Below are positions 62,601-64,000 of a stretch of DNA of 64,000 nt, piece by piece. The notes under the pieces were generated by a model. The model searched no databases and was not told the DNA's origin. It was given only the letters and a program-made list of their open reading frames with translations. Made by a program: the position numbers and the translations under genes. This stretch comes from Marsupella aquatica. Its lineage: Eukaryota; Plantae; Marchantiophyta. Each line of letters opens with the position of its first letter. Positions within the stretch are counted from its first letter, which is position 1. The stretch lies in NCBI GenBank assembly GCA_973895155.1, contig OZ316895.1, positions 21,154,558 through 21,218,557 of the forward strand, given 5' to 3'.

Positions 62601-63892
62601 ATGCGTGCTAGACACAACGCATTCCAAAGGAGCAAGTATAAGAGCGCAGTGTGAATAACGAGCATTGCATCGTTTATAATCTGTTTATTTTGTCAATTTG
62701 TGTTTCTCTCAGAATAGGGAAAGAAGAGTGTGACAATACATCTTTGCAGGCGATTGACCCGTATTCTATGATTTGAAATAACACAGGAACACTGACGTTA
62801 TTGTCATGCACCACTGCACCGCTGTTCCTTCGAATGCTTCTAATGGGGATAGGAAGTGTTGAAACTAACTTCTTCAAATGGTTGCTTACAGGATCTACTT
62901 GTAAGGGATGATGGAAATGGACAGGGCTATCTTTGTGCGCTAAGAGTCGTCTCATCACGACAGTCAACTGAAGCTCAGAAATCACTACCTCAGAGTGCTC
63001 GGTCTTGTTGTGTCAGACCATCTTCTCTAACGCAAGGCAAAGACACGCTTTTGGCGACTGCCAAATGGAACGAAGCATTTGTTTTCGAGATGACCAAGCA
63101 GGTATTCTGGGATATTCTCTAAATGAGTTTATAAATTATTGGATGAGTTGGTTATGAAGTAGAGTTGCGAGCCCAGAAACTGACCTTAGTAGGATGAAGT
63201 GACGCACACGACACATATATTCAGACTAGAGAACACTCCTTTAGTCTGAATTTCTTGAATGAGAACTTCAGAAGTAGCTCCCAGATTGAAGTGGAGAATG
63301 TGGTGAGAAATACAGAAAATTCATCTTGCAAAGCTATCACGCAGTTATTTCCATCGAGATTGACTTATCGGGTCGCACATTTGTTTGTTCTTATGGTAGG
63401 GACCTGTAAATCTAGAAGTCGTGGTGACAAATATGGCAGCAAGGGGAGGCAAAGGTATCTTGCGTTCCCTTTCTTCAGCAAATTCTAGCCTTCTGCAATT
63501 CAGAAACCAATGTGCTGGCTAACAGAGTGTGCCTATCCTTCCTGTTGATGGTGGTAAGAGTGTTTGAAATGGATATCCTCCATGAGTTCTACTAAAACTA
63601 GTTTGTGAGCAGAAATTCGGCAACAATTTTGGAAGTGGTCTTTAGGACCATAATGGTTCTCGGTTCTAGTCTGTTGTTCAGGAAGACGCTCTCGAGTCAT
63701 TTATATAGCATCTATTTGGTTGATGTACCAGGGCAAGCAGTGGGCGTGGTCTCAATACCTATGGAGGAGCATAGTGGGCAAAGGCTTCCCCAATCATCAC
63801 TTTGGAATGTTGTCAAGCAGTCCTTACTTCATCGATCTTCTTGGCCAACTATTCAGGAGAAGACCTTCGCTCTTCGTTCACCTCGGAAACGG
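41660..63892 (+). CDS. VPS13: VPS13 family bridge-like lipid transfer protein, plant VPS13M2 type (At1g48090-like); about 48 exons in the window, 3'-incomplete
   Basis: The spliced N-terminus MFEAH|VLHLLRRYLGEYVRGLSVEALKISVWKG|DVVLKDLQLKAEALNALKLPITVKAGFLGSVTLK|VPWNRLGKEPVIVLLDRIFVLAEP is Chorein_N (exons 41660-41674, 42322-42403, 42864-42967, 43282-43377). Further motifs: IVGNLKISITNLHIRYED; LDLDAPK; a PH-like region at about 50050-51760; Vps62/DUF946-like repeats (IWRPRAPPGYAILSDC, IWRPKPPPGYAVLGDC, WFPVAPAGYVAMGC) at about 58060-60420; EAWEPLIEPFDG; a C2-like region (QSARSCCVRP..WNEAFVFE) at about 62320-63892. Confidence 0.95.
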
Positions 63893-64000
63893 GTACTTGC
63901 ATAGTTTATCCATTAACCAAGTCAAACCAATTTTCATCTTCCTTTGTTAAGCTGTATGGACGGGGTCATGGTTTCTGGTGCCAAGTGTCCCGATTCTGTC

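Overview
Eukaryotic land-plant nuclear DNA; the protein flavour and short introns suggest a non-seed plant such as a bryophyte or lycophyte, which is inference only. Three genes are recognisable: a 3-exon PDRG1-like prefoldin-family gene (7529-9243, -), a 6-exon SPIRAL2/TORTIFOLIA1-like HEAT-repeat microtubule protein gene (16327-20789, +), and the 5' part of a large multi-exon VPS13M2-like lipid-transfer gene (from 41660, +, running off the window). Phase-compatible small exons at 324-3156 (-) suggest an unassigned Cys-rich gene or pseudogene. A transposon nest fills 25358-39923: a decayed Ty1/copia element with LTRs, TSD, PBS and PPT hosts a second full-length copia, an Athila-like LTR+PBS remnant and a 1.08-kb non-autonomous TIR element with unusual termini. 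The window also has a solo LTR of the outer copia, a 5'-truncated LINE, three non-autonomous Helitron-like elements with reiterated 3' ends, and several minisatellites. No rRNA, tRNA or CRISPR was found. I found no clearly new biological system. The best leads are the orphan gene with in-frame UGAs, the unusual TIR element, the single stop at a copia gag/pol junction, and a leader motif shared by two copia families. All counts are hand estimates.
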